NCBI GenBank assembly: GCA_964016885.1
Contig: OZ024740.1
Span: 96,100,001-96,164,000 of the forward strand
Direction of reading: 5' to 3'
From: Eledone cirrhosa
Taxonomy: Eukaryota
Length of the DNA: 64,000 nucleotides
Part shown: positions 12,101-26,720 of the stretch, piece after piece
How the letters are laid out: the number at the start of each line of letters is the position of its first letter
Numbering within the stretch: the stretch's first letter is position 1
Notes under the pieces: generated by a model
Told to the model about the DNA's origin: nothing
Database searches by the model: none
The model's input: the letters and a program-made list of their open reading frames with translations, nothing else
Translations under genes and position numbers: made by a program

Positions 12101-14990
12101 TGGCTAAGCTAATTGAACTAATAAAAAAAGAGAAAGTTTTCGGGCCTGTTAGGTGCCACACGTATACTGTTGAGTGACAGAAGAGAGGGTTGCCACACGC
12201 GCACATCTTGGTTTGGTTGGTCACCAAAATAGACCCTACAGATATAGATGACGTCATCGCATCGGAAATACCGGACCCCGTTGTTGACCGGCAGCTGTAC
12301 GACATTATGACGGCACACATGGTGCACGGTTCGTGCGGTCCCGGTTTTCAAGAGTTCTCTACATGCCACAAGGACCATGTGTGCACTAAACAATACACAA
12401 AGAGTTTTGTTGATGGGACCCAGACCGGCGGCGACGGATACCCACTGTACAGACCAAGGCGGCCTGAGAACGGTGGATTCACTATGAGGTTACGGGGTTA
12501 TCAAGTTGATAATAGGTGGGTGGTCCCGTACTGTACATTTCTGATGAAAACGTTCAACGCTCATATAAATGTGAGGTTCTGTCATTCAGTGAAGTCGATA
12601 AAGTACATATGTAAATAAGTTAACAAGGGTTCCGACGCTGCCATGTTCGGCCTTCAAAACGAAAATAGCAGGGACGAGGTCTCGGAGTACTTGGCAGGTC
12701 GATATATCAGCAGTGGTGAAGCTTTTTGGCCGACATTCGGGTGTCCACTTCACAAAAGGCTCCCCGCCATCATACAACTAGCGGTTGATTTGGAAAACGG
12801 CCAGCGGACTTACTTTACTGAACAGACTGCTGCTCATTTGGCGGCCAATCCAAAAGAAACAACTTTCGCTGTTTTGTTTACGCTTTGCCAACTTGACACA
12901 TTTGCAAAAACACTTTCATATCCTCAGGTCCCGTCCTACTATGTGTGGTCAAACAACACTTGGGTGCGTAGGAAGTCAGGTCAGGATGTTGAATGACATC
13001 CTGGTGTCAAGTTTGAAGAGTGTACAATGTACCTCCCAACCAGCATGAGTGTTTTCTCCTGCGCCTTCTCTCCATGAGTTTTTTGGCCCACCAAGCTTTC
13101 GAGACATAAGAACTGTTGACGGCGAAATATGTGATACTTTCCGGGAAGCCTGCTTTAGGCGTGGCCTTTTCGAGGATGATTCACAATGGGGCGCCACTAT
13201 GACAGAGGGCGTTTTGTTGAAATCTCCTAAAACACTAAGATCGCTTTTCGCTATTCTACTCCTATGGTGCGACTTGGGTGATCCGGCCTCTTTATGGATT
13301 AGCTACAAAGATTACATGTCTGAAGATTTCCTGCGTCACGCTCAGTTGCTAAACCCATCGATGGAGGTCGAGTACAGTGACCTCATTTACAACAGGGCGC
13401 TGCTTGAAATCGAAGATACTGTTCTCGATATGGGCGGTAGTGCGTTGGCTGTGTATGACCTACCTTCAACAAACCGGGAAGGTGCAACACTCTGTCTTCG
13501 TATTTGCTGCATGAGACATCTTATAATGTTGTCGAGCTTGCTCAGTAGATAGTGGAGATTGAGCCAAAGCTCCTTCCAGAACAGAAAATCGCTTACAACT
13601 CCGTTGTTAATTCTGTCCGGGGAAAAGCTGAGGTGATTTTTTTCCAGGACGCTCCTGGGGGACTGGGAACACTTTTGTCACCAAATTAATATTAGCTGAG
13701 ATTAGGGGAACAGAAGGCATTGCCTTAGCTGTGGCATCATCTGGAATTGCGGCTACTTTGTTGCTGGTTGGCAGGACAGCTCACTCCTATTTCAAGCTGC
13801 CGCTTGACTTAGCGAAGATTGAGACACCCACTTGCAACATCAGTAAGAGCTCCAATCAGGCAGAAGTGTTCAGACGATGCAAGCTTATCGTTTGGGACGA
13901 ATTCACGATGGCTCACAGCGGTGCTCTTGAGGTGCTCGATAGAACTCTGAGAGACATCAACGACTCTACGGCTCCAATGGGAGGCATAACACTTCTTCTT
14001 TCAGGGGACTTCAGGCAAACGCTTCCATTTATTCCCAAGGGGACTAGAGCTGATGCAGTACGTGCGTGTCTTAAGCCATCCGCATTGTGGCCCCTGTTGA
14101 AGACTCTGAAACTTCACACTAACATGCGTGCTCATATGAGAGGTGGTATCACATCAGCAGCATTTTCTCACACCCTCCTTGCACTTGGCGAAGGCAAAAC
14201 GCCCGGGGATAAAAAGGGTAATATTGCCATCGACTCACTTTGTACCGTTGTTAGTACGCCTTCTGATCTCAGGGATGCAGTGTTCTCAGATCTCCAAGGA
14301 AATTATCAGAATATGGATTGGCTTGCCCAAAGGGCTATTCTGGCCCCGAGGAATAAAACTGTTAACCATATTAATGATCAAATGCTAAAACTCATTCCTG
14401 GGGATGGCTACGTATAGTAGTCTATCGATAGAACTCCTGACCCCGAGGACGTCATCAACTATCCAATAGAGGTACTAAATTCCTTTGAGCCCCCGGATGA
14501 CCCCCACACATTTTGAAACTTAAAGTTAGTGCCTCTATAATGCTCATTCGAAATTTGGTTCCGCCGAAACAATGCAATGGCATACGTTTGGTCGTTAAGT
14601 CCTTAGCTCCCAATCTGATTGAGGCCACGATAATCACAGGGTGCGGTCGGGGCAAGGTTGTGCTCATACCGAGGATGCATCTTTTCCCATCAGGAGCAGA
14701 CCAACCTTTCACATATTGAGGTCCCAGTGGCTGGTCAGGCCATGCTTCGCAATGTCAATTAACAAAGCGCAGGGGCAAACACTGTCTGTCGCGGGAATAC
14801 ATTTGGGGGAGCCGTGTTTCTCTCATGGTCAGCTTTACGCTGGCTGCTCGCGTGTCGGCAGCAAGAGTGGTGATTTCGCGTTCGTTCCGCAAAGAGAAAC
14901 AAAAAAAACATTGTGTACAAGGAGGTTTTATAGGATTACCTCGATTCCTAATTTTATAACTTTTTTATTATTTTATTGTTTGCCTTTTCT
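9108..14990 (+). mobile_element. Helitron (decayed autonomous type); 3' boundary uncertain
   Basis: Putative 5' TC start (tctataaaaggc), subterminal direct repeats (9203-9265 vs 9831-9895; ~110-bp units at 9365-9625), then a Rep-helicase coding region. No clear hairpin-CTAG 3' end seen. Confidence 0.85.
10165..14933 (+). pseudogene. Helitron Rep (HUH/Y2)-PIF1 helicase pseudogene
   Basis: CKFCNAKKWAGEPPAMCCLNGK; YGRPDLFITFTC; VE*QKRGLPHAHILVW; KSIKYICK*VNKG; DAPGGTG; ASSGIAATLL; IVWDE; LLSGDFRQTLP; ILAPRN; FAMSINKAQGQTL; HGQLYAGCSRV; ends NIVYKEVL*. Multiple frameshifts. Confidence 0.95.
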
Positions 14991-15674
14991 TGAGTACTTT
15001 CTAAGTAGGTTAACCTTCACTGCATTGTACTGGACACTACCCAACATCTGCTGTACAAAGGCTGATTCTCGCGGCGTTACAAAGCTTCATTGCAACTCCG
15101 ACCCTACTCAAATATCAGCTGTTGCTCCTCACCAACCCCCCTTTGATGGGCCTCGGAGGACCGTGGACAGGTTAGTATTTCACCTCCGTACGACTCTCAA
15201 AGAGTCAACAATGCTTTAATGACGGGATTTACATTTTTATGCGGTTCCCTGCAATTACTTCACACTTGACCAACACCTGGCCTCTGCTCAGCTCTATTTC
15301 CCTCCCTCCGTCGGCACAGCAACAGGCTTATCTTCTACGTCCGACTTACATGATGCACCAACCATACAATGGTCCCCCTTCCTCTTTATTGGTTGTCATA
15401 ATTCGACAATGTTTTCAGGCCCCTGTTTGCGGTTTCCTCAAATCACCGCCTCCCACGTTAAAACATTTCATGCAGAACAACTTCATCGCAGTTCTGTTGT
15501 TCGGATTGTATCGTATACGCGCGTGTTGCGCAAGTAATGTGAAACAATAAATTTGAACACTTCTTTGCACAGATATAATATCAATAGGCGAAACTACAAT
15601 TGTCACTGCTGGCGCAGCTCCTGCTTCGGCAGTGCAGGTTTGCAATTCATTCAACACACACACATCGGCATGGC

Positions 15675-15790
<116 letters not shown>

Positions 15791-18700
15791 ATAACAGGAA
15801 TATTATGCTATGGACCGAACAAAGGTCAGAAGCAAATAATTGATAGAAATATCAATTTGACAAAACTAACTGTTAGGAGCAAGAGACTCATAATCATATG
15901 AATAAAACAATAAAGAAATAAAGAATCTATTTTTCGCAGGAACTTCCGTTTTTTTTTTCTCCTTTAAGCGCTTTTTATTTTGTAGCAAATGAGAGTGAGT
16001 AAACCAACATCAATTTTAAAAAAATCAAACATAATATTTATAAATCCTAAACTTGGCAAAACCTGTAATTTATGTAGATACATATTATTATGGTTCTACT
16101 AGTGAATCTGGGTTATACTACGTCTACTTCTGGAACAATCAACCCAAATTTAAACCGATTATCTCTGACCAGTTGGAAATGATTTTAGGAGTGCACTGTA
16201 ATTATCACCGTGGCTTTAATTGTTAATTTATCTGGAGTACATGTAAGATATAGAAATTGTTTGCTTGACAATGTTTTAATGCAAGCATATTATTCATTTC
16301 AATGCGAAATGTTGCATAGCATAATAATCTCATTATGAAAAACAAAGTTATTCCCCTACGCGTGTTGATAATATGATATTGATGCTGTCCTTACGGAGTA
16401 GATATAAGAGGGACTCACCCTTACATATTCTAATTTAACGTTCTAAGGAGGAAATGAATGAATATATTTAATCGTGTTTTACTTGAGATACTGTCTGAAT
16501 ATTAAAGGCTGAACCTTTCCTGGTGAAATGAATTTGATCAAAGGTTTGTTTGATCAAGATTGAAAAAGTGGACTATAAAATATTTTCTTTCTAAATATCA
16601 TAATTATTATTCTTAAAGGCATGCTTTTCTTTCTAATTAATGAATATATTGTATTATTCTAAAGTTGTATATTAGGTAAGAAATGAGGAAAAATGATTAT
16701 TTAGCACCGAATTCATTCAGCACTTCGTACTAAAAGCACTTGTCAATATGAAATACATTAAATATTTTACTAACAAAAAGAAAAGTTTTACATCATCGAC
16801 GTGTTCCAAGAAAACAGATTTTCAAATTACATTTAATCAAATTTTGAATCGTAAAAAGATTTTAATGATATTGATTTCAGTAACTTAAGGCCATTCTCTC
16901 TTTTTTTTTTCTTTTTTCTTTTTTTATTAAAGTGCATTGTTTGACACCACTGTCTACCTAAACTATAAGAGATATAACAAAGTTATCATGGAGAATTCCG
17001 AAAATGTTTAGGATACCCAACTAGATATTATTTAACAGATAGTATTATTTTTATATGTATATTGCTGTAGCAGTTATTTTTTTGTCATGCCATTTCGCAT
17101 GATGTACCATTCTATCAAACAATGAACAAACCCGTGTTACTCGAACGACATGGAGACAGACACTGATTATTGAACATACCTATTTTCTCTGTTTTGTTAC
17201 TTAATCTTCTGTAAGATGTTCCACCCACTAATGTGCCATTTATATACAGATATTGATGATCTACGGCTACATTTTAAAATATCTCTAAATTGTTTAAAAC
17301 ATAAGCAAGGTTTCGATAATCGAGAGCTCCCGCCTCGTTCAGATACAAATAGTGCATTATATTGTTGCAGACTGTTAATCAGTTCCATCATCATACATGA
17401 TAGAGTAGGTTTTGATCGACTATCTAAAAGCAAGATTTCTTTTATTTCTTACTTGTAGGTAATATATTGATCATTTTGTTTAATTAATAGGACCAACAGG
17501 AAGGAGAATTAGCTACTATTTCTATCAGTTTAACTGACTGAATGACCACTGCACGTAGCGGATAAATATCGTTTCTACCTAAACAACTCAAGTTTCGTGT
17601 GGCTTCTTTGTTTCATGTTTTTTTTTATTTTGTACACGTATGCTTTTTTTATTTTTTACACTATTCATCTACTTTCCACATATGTACGATATTCATACTC
17701 AATTACAATTTAACCCATTTGTCTTCTACATATCCGCGATGTTCTTATTATAAAAGTGTTATTTTTCATAATCTGCTTGATTTTAGTTATTTTTCGATGT
17801 TGTACACCCTATCCATTGTTTAACTGAGTGGATTACAGATGAATACATATTTATTCCGACAATATATATATATCCTTTCCATGGAGAATTTAACTCTAAC
17901 GTTAAGTTTGCCGATTCTTTGTTACACATGTCGTTATTAAAATATTTAGCACCCAATCACTTTAGCAAGTGATGTAAAATATAAATTATAATAAATAGAA
18001 ACCTCAAATCTATAGAATAATAACTGATTGGTATTTTCAACAATTATGAAATATATAATCGTTCAAAGTATTTCATGATGCCTTGTGCTGAGGTATGTCA
18101 TATGGTTTTCATACAAAAGTAATATTTCATTCCGAAATGCTTTATTTATTATCTGTTTATTCAAGTTTATACAAATTTATACAAGCCAATTGAGAACTAA
18201 TTGCAATTTATTTAAGTTATTGCGGAATGGTGGTCCACCTTCGGTGGAATAAGATGACAGATTCGGGTGATAGTGTCACTGAATTAGTACACAGAGCTTG
18301 GGGCTTCCTCATCATCAACATTATAATCAAAACACATTAAGACATCGACTACATTTTCCCTTCACTCTTCTCGTGGTTTATCAGATTATTCGTTCATTCC
18401 TTCCAGTTATAATAACAAAGGAGTTTCAGTTTTGTTCATTCCGTATCATATATTGTGCCTTTTGTGCGAACTACATTTTCCAAAATGTGTTTTTTTCAGG
18501 TTTGAAACGTCGCGCTGTTATTTTAATGAGATTTGTGTAGTATTTTTTGCGATTTTGAGTGACCATATATTTGAAAATACTTCGGAATGTTTGAAGTTAT
18601 TTTAATGTTTGAAGATATTGCAAGAACAATTATGAAATTATGTTTGTATAAAGAGTGAAATTAAATACGTTTGGGTGACCCACAGACAATGTATACTTCC

Positions 18701-19086
18701 TACAATGTTCTTCCTAGATCCATTCATACACATCTTAATGTTAGCTTTGATGAACGCAAAAATTTGCCAATATAACATATTCCATAATGTTCAATAGATT
18801 ATACAGCATTTTTGATTTTGCAATAGGTATAATACCTAATTATACCCTGCGTAAGTGCACTTAGAATCAGAGAATGCTATATCTGTAAATTGTTTCTTCT
18901 ATAATTAGATAATTCCGAAAGAACTGGAAATCTTTCGACAGGATTTGACTAAGAAGGAGCACGCAAGTGGCCAGACAAACTATTGGAAATCGTAATCTTA
19001 ATGTTCTCTTTAACTCGGTTCTGAAAATCGTAAAGGTCATTTGCCTAATGTCTGATATGCACAATATATATATATATATTCATTCT

Positions 19087-19732
19087 CTACCAGACATTTT
19101 GTCTGGTAGGGAATATTGAGAAGGGAAGGGATTACTAATGTAGGAAGTAAGCCGCTGGAATTAGTTGAGGACTTCCTGTATTTGGGGGCACATATTGGGA
19201 ATACGGAGGATGATGTCGTTGAGAGGAAGAGCAAAGCCTGGGCGGCGGCCACAGTTTGAGATCGGTGTGGTAGTCCGACCTTCGTATGAACCTGAAGATC
19301 CGCCTCTTCATTGCTGCAGTGGAGTCTGTGCTGCTGTACGGGTCTGAGACTTGGACACTGACCAAGAAAATCACTCAGATGGTGGATGGGTGCTAGACGA
19401 GAATGCTGAGGAGGGTTCTGAACATTAATCAGTATACACTGAGGATGAACAACTTAGAGCTGTATGGGAGCCTCCCAAAAGTCAGCTCAAAAGTTACACA
19501 GATGAGACTGAGGTTAGGTGGACATGCTCACCGACATCCAGAGTTGACACTGAACTCAGTGATCCGGTGGGAGCCTCTGCATGGATACACAGGAAGAGGA
19601 TGACGAAGGGTAACGTATGTTTATGCCCTAAGGGCAGACACTGGTCTGTTGAATACGCAGGACGTGGCAGCGATAATGAAGGACAGAGACCACTGGAGAG
19701 AACTCGTCCATGGATCTCGGGAATTTTACCCG

Positions 19733-19735
<3 letters not shown>
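19087..19735 (+). mobile_element. RTE-clade LINE 3' fragment inserted in (TA)n
   Basis: EDFLYLGAHI...LKIRLFIAAVESVLLYGSETWTLTKK...RMLRRVLNI...RLRLGGHAHRHPE; short hairpin ctaccagaca/tgtctggtag at the 5' junction. Confidence 0.85.
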
Positions 19736-19778
<43 letters not shown>

Positions 19779-21416
19779 AAATGCTTGAAAACAAAATGCA
19801 CTTGGTTAAACATGATCTACAGTCTGTTTTTTTGTGGTCTAGATTCTGGACCACAGCAAATCAACAGCTCTAACACCAATAAATATAACGAAACACTTAT
19901 CCACTAGAACGGGAAATTGCCTGAAGTATCACTACGTTGATCATAATTACAGTCATTATTACGTTTAACTTTCCTAAAGGGAAATACGCCTTTAATCTGC
20001 TTGTCATTCTTATTAACAACGGCTGTATGGAAGCCGATGACACGTGATTATAAGGTAAGCAGATTATTCGTAATTACCAGTTCCCCGTAGAGCAGGTATT
20101 CATATCTGATGAGGTATTGTTATTAGGTCTCTAAGCGTAGGACTTCTAAATATGTCTCTTAGCTTAACTACCTATTGGCAATTGCTAGAAATTTATTTGG
20201 AAATATTTCAGTATATTTGATGTCATATTCATACATAATTTAACTCATGTAATGCCAAACAGAGTTGAATTCATTGTTATAGGTTTTGTGATAATTAGAA
20301 TATTCTTTAAACATTATTTTAGCACGGAATATTCTTTAAATATTATTTTAGCACGGAATTAGACAAGAGCGGGGCTTCATAATGTCTTGCACCAGATACT
20401 TGTGACTGTACTTAAAACTATGATCACATTTTTTTCTATGTCTCTAAGAATCGCACGTCTTCCTACCGATGTGCCTGCCTACGTACTCATCTACCTAGTT
20501 ATCTATATATTTACCTATCTATGTATATACATACCTACATCTATATTCGGCATCTGCTAAATCTTGCACCTATAGATATATTGCACGACGATAATCTTTT
20601 TATTACCATCGCTAAATGTTTCCTTCGATACCAATCAATAGAATTGATCACGCTTTCATACATAATTTAACTAAGGAAATGTCAATCGACGGCGCAATTT
20701 TGTCGTGTTAACCTTTCTGATAATAAATATATTCTTAGTATATTATTTACTGCACATCACGTACGAATAATTAGCTTTTATTTAAAATGCTTCTCTACTA
20801 GTGTAGTTATTGCAGTTCGTATTCTAGCATCAGCTTTGCAAAACATCTCAATTTAAGATAATTATTAGCTGTTCTAATGTTTTCGTCTCCAAGCCCATGA
20901 AAAAGTATTTTTGATACAACTGGCTCGCATATTGTAATATTGCAGTTGGATTTCGGCAAAATGTTGACAAAATTCGATACCTTACAATTGTAATTTTAAT
21001 ATGTTATTGATGCATAGTATTTCTTATCACATTCATGTATAAACGCAATAAGTGAAACATTAATCCTATCACATTCATATATAAATGCAATAAGAGAAAC
21101 ATTAATCGAAGAAAGGAAAAGAAGCAAAGGCGATTACATAAAAACTATTGATGCAGTGCATAGAACACTGTTAAAAATGAAAGATGAACATGGATAAACG
21201 AAAATAAACAATATCGATAAGATGCCAGTTATAAGTAGGGTTTTCGTTTTTTAGTTTTTATTTGGTACTATTTTCATTACACTCCCCTGGATTCCCATAC
21301 ATGGACATTTTAAGAAATGTGTATAAAATAGTGGAATATGGGAATCATAGGAGAACTATCATAAAGAAAATCATATCGTAAAATTCGCAATATAATTTAG
21401 GAATAATTGTTTCTAA

Positions 21417-21614
21417 ATGACTCCCCCCTCCCTTCAAACAAATGTTGGCCTTGTGCCTAAATTCTTTCTCAGTTCAAATCCTACCGAGGTTAACTTTGCC
21501 TTTCATCGTTACGGGGTCGATAAAATAAAGTACCAGTCACACACTGGCGTCGATTTAATTGACTTTCCCCTCATCCAAATTGCTGGCCTTGTGCCTATAT
21601 AAGAAACCATTATT
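21417..21614 (+). mobile_element. 5'-truncated SINE (same family as 22186) with duplicated 3' piece
   Basis: agttcaaatcctaccgaggttaactttgcctttcatc...ggggtcgataaaataaagtaccagt...gctggccttgtgcc. Confidence 0.8.
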
Positions 21615-21959
21615 ACTTTTTCTTTTGAATTTTGTTTTATATGCAATTGCTACCGAGGATCAACGCGATAAGTAGGGCAGGTATCTTTAGGTTTGACGAT
21701 TTACGATATTTTTCTTGTCCTCATGTTCAGTTAATAAGAATGCCACATCCAAAACCTTGATAGCTAATTATAAAAAAAAAAAAAACCAACGAATAACTAT
21801 AAAACGGTGGGCGTAGGGAAATATGAAAAGAAGTATTGTGGACTATATAAGATATGATTTGTATTTGCGTTAAGGTGATTTGAATGTTATTAATTATCAA
21901 TTAACTTTGCTATACAAATTAAACAGACACATTGTGTTGACATATATTACAAAGACATA

Positions 21960-22800
21960 AACTTACCACGTTTGTGGGTGGTACGATAGGTATGATTTAT
22001 ATAAATTCCTAACACCTTTCATTATGACACCTAGTGTTTCTATCACTAGTGGAGTAGTTGGGGGTTTAGGGTGTAGCATTCTAATTACCTCAATTGCTAG
22101 ATCATTATACTTTGCAAATGTTTTATTATCTGTTCGTAAGGTCTTTCTATCATACGTTACAGTCATATTAATGAGTAATATCCATGGATTGGCAGTATCG
22201 GTAGAGGGTCGGACGCCATGCTTTCCAGCATAGTTACGTCCCTTTACGATCTGAGTTCAAATCCCGCCGAGGTTGACTTTGCCTTTCATCCTTACGGGGT
22301 CGATAAAATAAAGTACCAGTAATGCACTGGGTATTTGCTGGCCTTGTGCCAAAAGTAGAAACAATTAATGAGTAATATCCATTTCTCAGAATATTTGCTG
22401 GATAATTCCTGCTCCGGGAGAAAGAAATACCGCCTTCTTCTCAGCCATTGATGTGTTTGAGCTTCACCTACACCAGCGTCTTGATCGCGAGGGGGACATT
22501 GCTGTCTTTTTTGGAATTAGATCGGATATCTTATTTCTGTGTCAGTCTTCTGTATCTAGTTCTTTCCAGTAATTTTCTGTTTGAGTACTGAATTAAGTTT
22601 ATCGTGTTTTTGTACGGTATCTTACTAATACCAAATCCAGTAGTTGGTGCTTTCTAGAACGTCAACAAGCCTATTGTAGATATTTTGTATAACAGTTCTC
22701 ATGGATTTTATTCAATCCTCTTGCTCGGGTCAATGACGAGGTCTCCTGCCACCGGGCTTTACACGTAATATATGTCCAGTGATTATTTCCTAAGACATTC
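21960..22800 (-). mobile_element. Old, degraded R4/Dong-like RLE LINE 3' fragment, interrupted by a SINE
   Basis: Minus strand KYNDLAIEVIRM...PLVIETLGVI (RLE end) and THQWLR upstream, resembling the younger copy at 27757-31560. Confidence 0.6.
22186..22363 (+). mobile_element. tRNA-derived SINE with 19-bp target site duplication
   Basis: A-box-like tggcagtatcggtaga, B-box-like gagttcaaatccc; TSD attaatgagtaatatccat at 22167-22185 and 22364-22382. Resembles octopod SINEs (recalled, not searched). Confidence 0.9.
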
Positions 22801-23800
22801 TAACCACATTCCCGTACTATTGTATATGTCATATCTCGAGTCGCAGATGTGGCGGCTCTACGGAGGGTGAGTCCCTTATTTTCGAGCTAACACCGTATCC
22901 AGTAACGTTAGTCTAAATCTTCTTCGATAGAAATCCATAATGTCCACTTGAATTTCGGATCAATTTATTCAGTAAATATCTAATATATATATATATATAT
23001 TAGATATTTACTGAATGAATTAATCCTCTATATATCGGATTAAGGTAATATATATTTAAGGTAATCCAGTTAGAGGTTGTAAGTACTCTATGCTGTAGAT
23101 AGTGTAACGTACGGCGTTGTTTGACTCAACAAGAGGTTTCCTTAGGTGGCGGGTTTACGAGAATACCTATGTAGCGTGTGTCTCAGATCAAATCATCGGA
23201 GTACTTCAACGATTATATATATATAAATACTGGCCCACCAATGCATCTATCATAAACGACGTGAATGAAAAGGATGTGATATTTGTTAAATGGACCTACT
23301 AGAAATCGAAACTAGAAGGAAATTAGTAAATTCTAGTGAGGATATGATATTCACTGTAGAAAATATCTTAAAGTACTTTCTAATTACTATACTAACTAAC
23401 TCATGATTGGAACCTACTAAGTTTATTTTTCACTATTTATATCTCTTGCAATTATATGATCCTCTTGATTTATATGATCCTCTTTGATCTACACAATAAC
23501 TATTTATTTCTCAGCCAATGATATGTCTTATGCATGTAGTAGCAAACATTGCTGGAAGCCCATAGGTCAACTTATCAATTCTTCCTCTTTTTATCTATAC
23601 GCGAAATTCTAAATATTGTATTTATTATCTGAGGATTCATTGACTTATTTAATACGAGGGAATCATTGGGGCTGTTAATATCTGTAAATAGGTCTCGTAG
23701 ACACTATGATGAAATACATGTCAGAATGTACAATATATTTTTTTAATCACTGATTGTCTGTTTTTACCAACGTATTAATTTATACAAAATCCGCTACTTA

Positions 23801-25335
23801 CACTGTGTAACAAGACATTTTTTTCTCTGTTCCTGGCTTGTAATCACTTATTTTGTGTTAGTTTGGTCCCAAATAAATAAATAAAAAAGTGCTATGAAAG
23901 AGTTAAAAGTGTGGGTTTGTAAAAGTTCTAAGCTATTCTCTAAAAGTATTTGTATGCCGGATTTTACGTTGTATGTCATTTTAATTTGCTTATGTTAAAT
24001 GAATTGTTTATATATGTTTCAGGTTAAATTAGAATTATAAAATAAAGTGTAATACCTAAAGAAATTTGTAAAAGTGCAATAAAGTATAAGATTGTTAAAA
24101 AGTGGATTAAAGAGATTTATTGATACTGGATTTTCGCACCCTGAATAAAGGGTAAGTTGTGTTATAAGCATTCGTCTCCAGGATGAAGCGGTGGAACGTG
24201 GTCAAGGAGAAAGTGCAGGTGACAAATCAGAGAAGTCAACACGAACCTTTCTCAGGCTTTTAAACTCTTAGGGATGCCCTCTGCTTCTGCCATAACGTAC
24301 CTGGACTGTTTGACGTTATTGGGTGCCGTTTGTGCCCAAGGAGTGGCGGCTATTTATAGACAGCTCCACCACAAATTTGAAGGCTGTCCTCTTCCACAAT
24401 GGAAACAAGTTCCCGACACTGCCCCTAGCTCATTCAGTCTGCCTGAAGGAAAGATTTCTACAGTGTGAAAGTCCTCTTGCAAACGCTGCAATACAACCAG
24501 TACAATTGGGAAATCATTGGAGTCTTCAAGATGGTGGCTTTCCTGCTTGGACTCCAAGGAGGCTTTATCATATTCCAATGCTTCTTCTGCCTTTGGGACA
24601 GCAGAGCCAGCTCTGACCACTACAAAAGAAATAACTGGGAGCAGCGAACAGATCCCAGGATTGTGCTCATGCCGCCACTGCACATTAAGTTGGGATTGAT
24701 GAAGCAGTTTGAGAAGGCTCTCAACCAAGAATCAGCCGCTTTTAAGTACCTTCTTGAGTTCTTCCCCAAGTTATCTGAGGCCAAAATAAAAAGTGGAATT
24801 GTTGTTGGACCTCAGATAAAGAAGGTGTGCCATGGCATGCAGGATGTCGCTTAAACTCCATATGCTGGATGCTCACCTGGAAAAATTCAAAGACAATATG
24901 GGCGTCTACTCAGAAGAACAAGGCAAACGATTCCACCAAGATGTGAAAGAGATATAGCGGAGGTACCAGGGCCACTACAATGAAATAAGGATGGGGACTA
25001 TACTGGAGGCTAGTTCGGGAAGGAAACCTGGACTACAACCGCAAATCCAGGAAATCCAGTCATTTCTGACGTGTATAAATTGCTTATAAGTGTTATTTGT
25101 TTTTACTTGTTTGCTTTTGGTAAGCTTGTGTAATAAAATAAATATATACTCTGTTGATTTAATTATATGAACTAATAAATTTTTTAAAAATGTGTTTTTT
25201 CTTAAAAAGTATGAACATTTCGTAATATCAAACTCTTGACCAGACACACGTACTTGTGATTAAATAATAGTGCTTTTTATAATAATGGGATATAGAAAAC
25301 CAGGAAATGACATTTAGAACCGTGGAACAATAACT
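23801..25335 (+). mobile_element. Chapaev3-like (CMC) DNA transposon remnant with internally deleted transposase (about 24270-25070)
   Basis: EWRLFIDSS..LKAVLFHNGNK, FKMVAFLLGLQGG...CFFCLWDSRA, PPLHIKLGLMKQF, SEEQGKRFHQD; possible 5' terminus tta|cactgtgtaaca at 23801; matching 3' terminus not found. Confidence 0.65.
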
Positions 25336-25518
25336 ATTTCACAAATATGTTATTGGAAACTGTATATTACGCATCGATTAACACCTGCAAAATATCATAT
25401 TGCAAAAAGAATTTATATATGCTGAGACTACAATTTCGTAAGCTGCTTCTTCATTTATAGTTGCATAACAACTGCATATATTTGATATTACCGACGAAAC
25501 CTAAGAACTACTTTTCTT

Positions 25519-25588
<70 letters not shown>

Positions 25589-25668
25589 GTATATTTACAT
25601 ATATACATATCATAATGAGCCTCGTATATTCTATACACAATCATACCCACCCGTGTATATTTATTTGC

Positions 25669-25703
<35 letters not shown>

Positions 25704-25709
<6 letters not shown>

Positions 25710-26056
25710 AAAAAGAGATGAAATCGAAAATGCAACTGGAGTCTTATTTTTTTTTTAATATATATATTTATTTGGTTCCTTTACCGGTTTCGCAGTTCTT
25801 CTGCTTTTCAAAAGGTGAGTTGAGATGGAGGGTCTGTGGTTTTTATCACATCTGTGAGAAAAACCACAGACCCTCCATCTCAACTCACCTTTTGAAAAGC
25901 AGAAGAACTGCGAAACCAGTAAAGGAACCAAATAAATATATATATTTAAAAAAAAAATAAGACTCCAGTTGCATTTTCGATTTTATCTATTTTTCTTTAT
26001 ACTTTCACTCGTGTAGGGCACCTCGGTTATTTTTCAAGTTGTAAAAAAAACCTCAC

Positions 26057-26062
<6 letters not shown>
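25704..26062. mobile_element. Near-perfect palindrome (arms ~145 bp, centre ~25851) carrying two hammerhead motifs, in (TA)n
   Basis: 25704-25850 is the reverse complement of 25853-26000; right arm extends a further ~60 bp before (TA)n. Confidence 0.9.
25888..25925 (+). ncRNA. Minimal hammerhead with U3/A8 core (mirror copy 25778-25815, minus)
   Basis: cctt-TTGAAAA-gcag aagaa ctgc-GAAA-ccag (ccgg in the other arm)-TA-aagg. Confidence 0.7.
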
Positions 26063-26108
<46 letters not shown>

Positions 26109-26235
26109 GTGTGTATGTATGTATGTATGTATATATGTATGTATGTATGTATGTGTATATATATATATATATATATAAGTTGTATTAAAATGAAAACGAA
26201 ATTTCATTTCTCACTCTTAGTACGGCACTTACTTA

Positions 26236-26291
26236 GATATAAGTATGTATGTATACGTACTTACATATATGTATACAGACGTACAGTAACA

Positions 26292-26369
<78 letters not shown>

Positions 26370-26632
26370 CAGGCACACATATATATATGTACGTATCAGT
26401 TTAGCGGACGCTTATTATAAAGCCCGCTTTGTTCGTTTGTAAACAAACTGAACAGCCTGAATTTATGCCGTACGGTGTTAAGGCAACCATGTCACCTTTT
26501 TGTTCAACACTGTGTCATAACACCGTACGGCATAAATTCAGGCTGTTCAGTTTGTTTACAAACGAACAAATCGGGCGTTATAATAAGCGTCCGGTAAACT
26601 GATACGTACATATATGTATGTGTCCCTGTATG

Positions 26633-26720
<88 letters not shown>

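Noticed and set aside
20107-20150. CTGATGA as a hammerhead core
   Set aside because: No downstream GAAA or convincing stems.
22186-22270. tRNA gene
   Set aside because: A/B-box-like motifs belong to a multi-copy SINE with TSDs; no cloverleaf.
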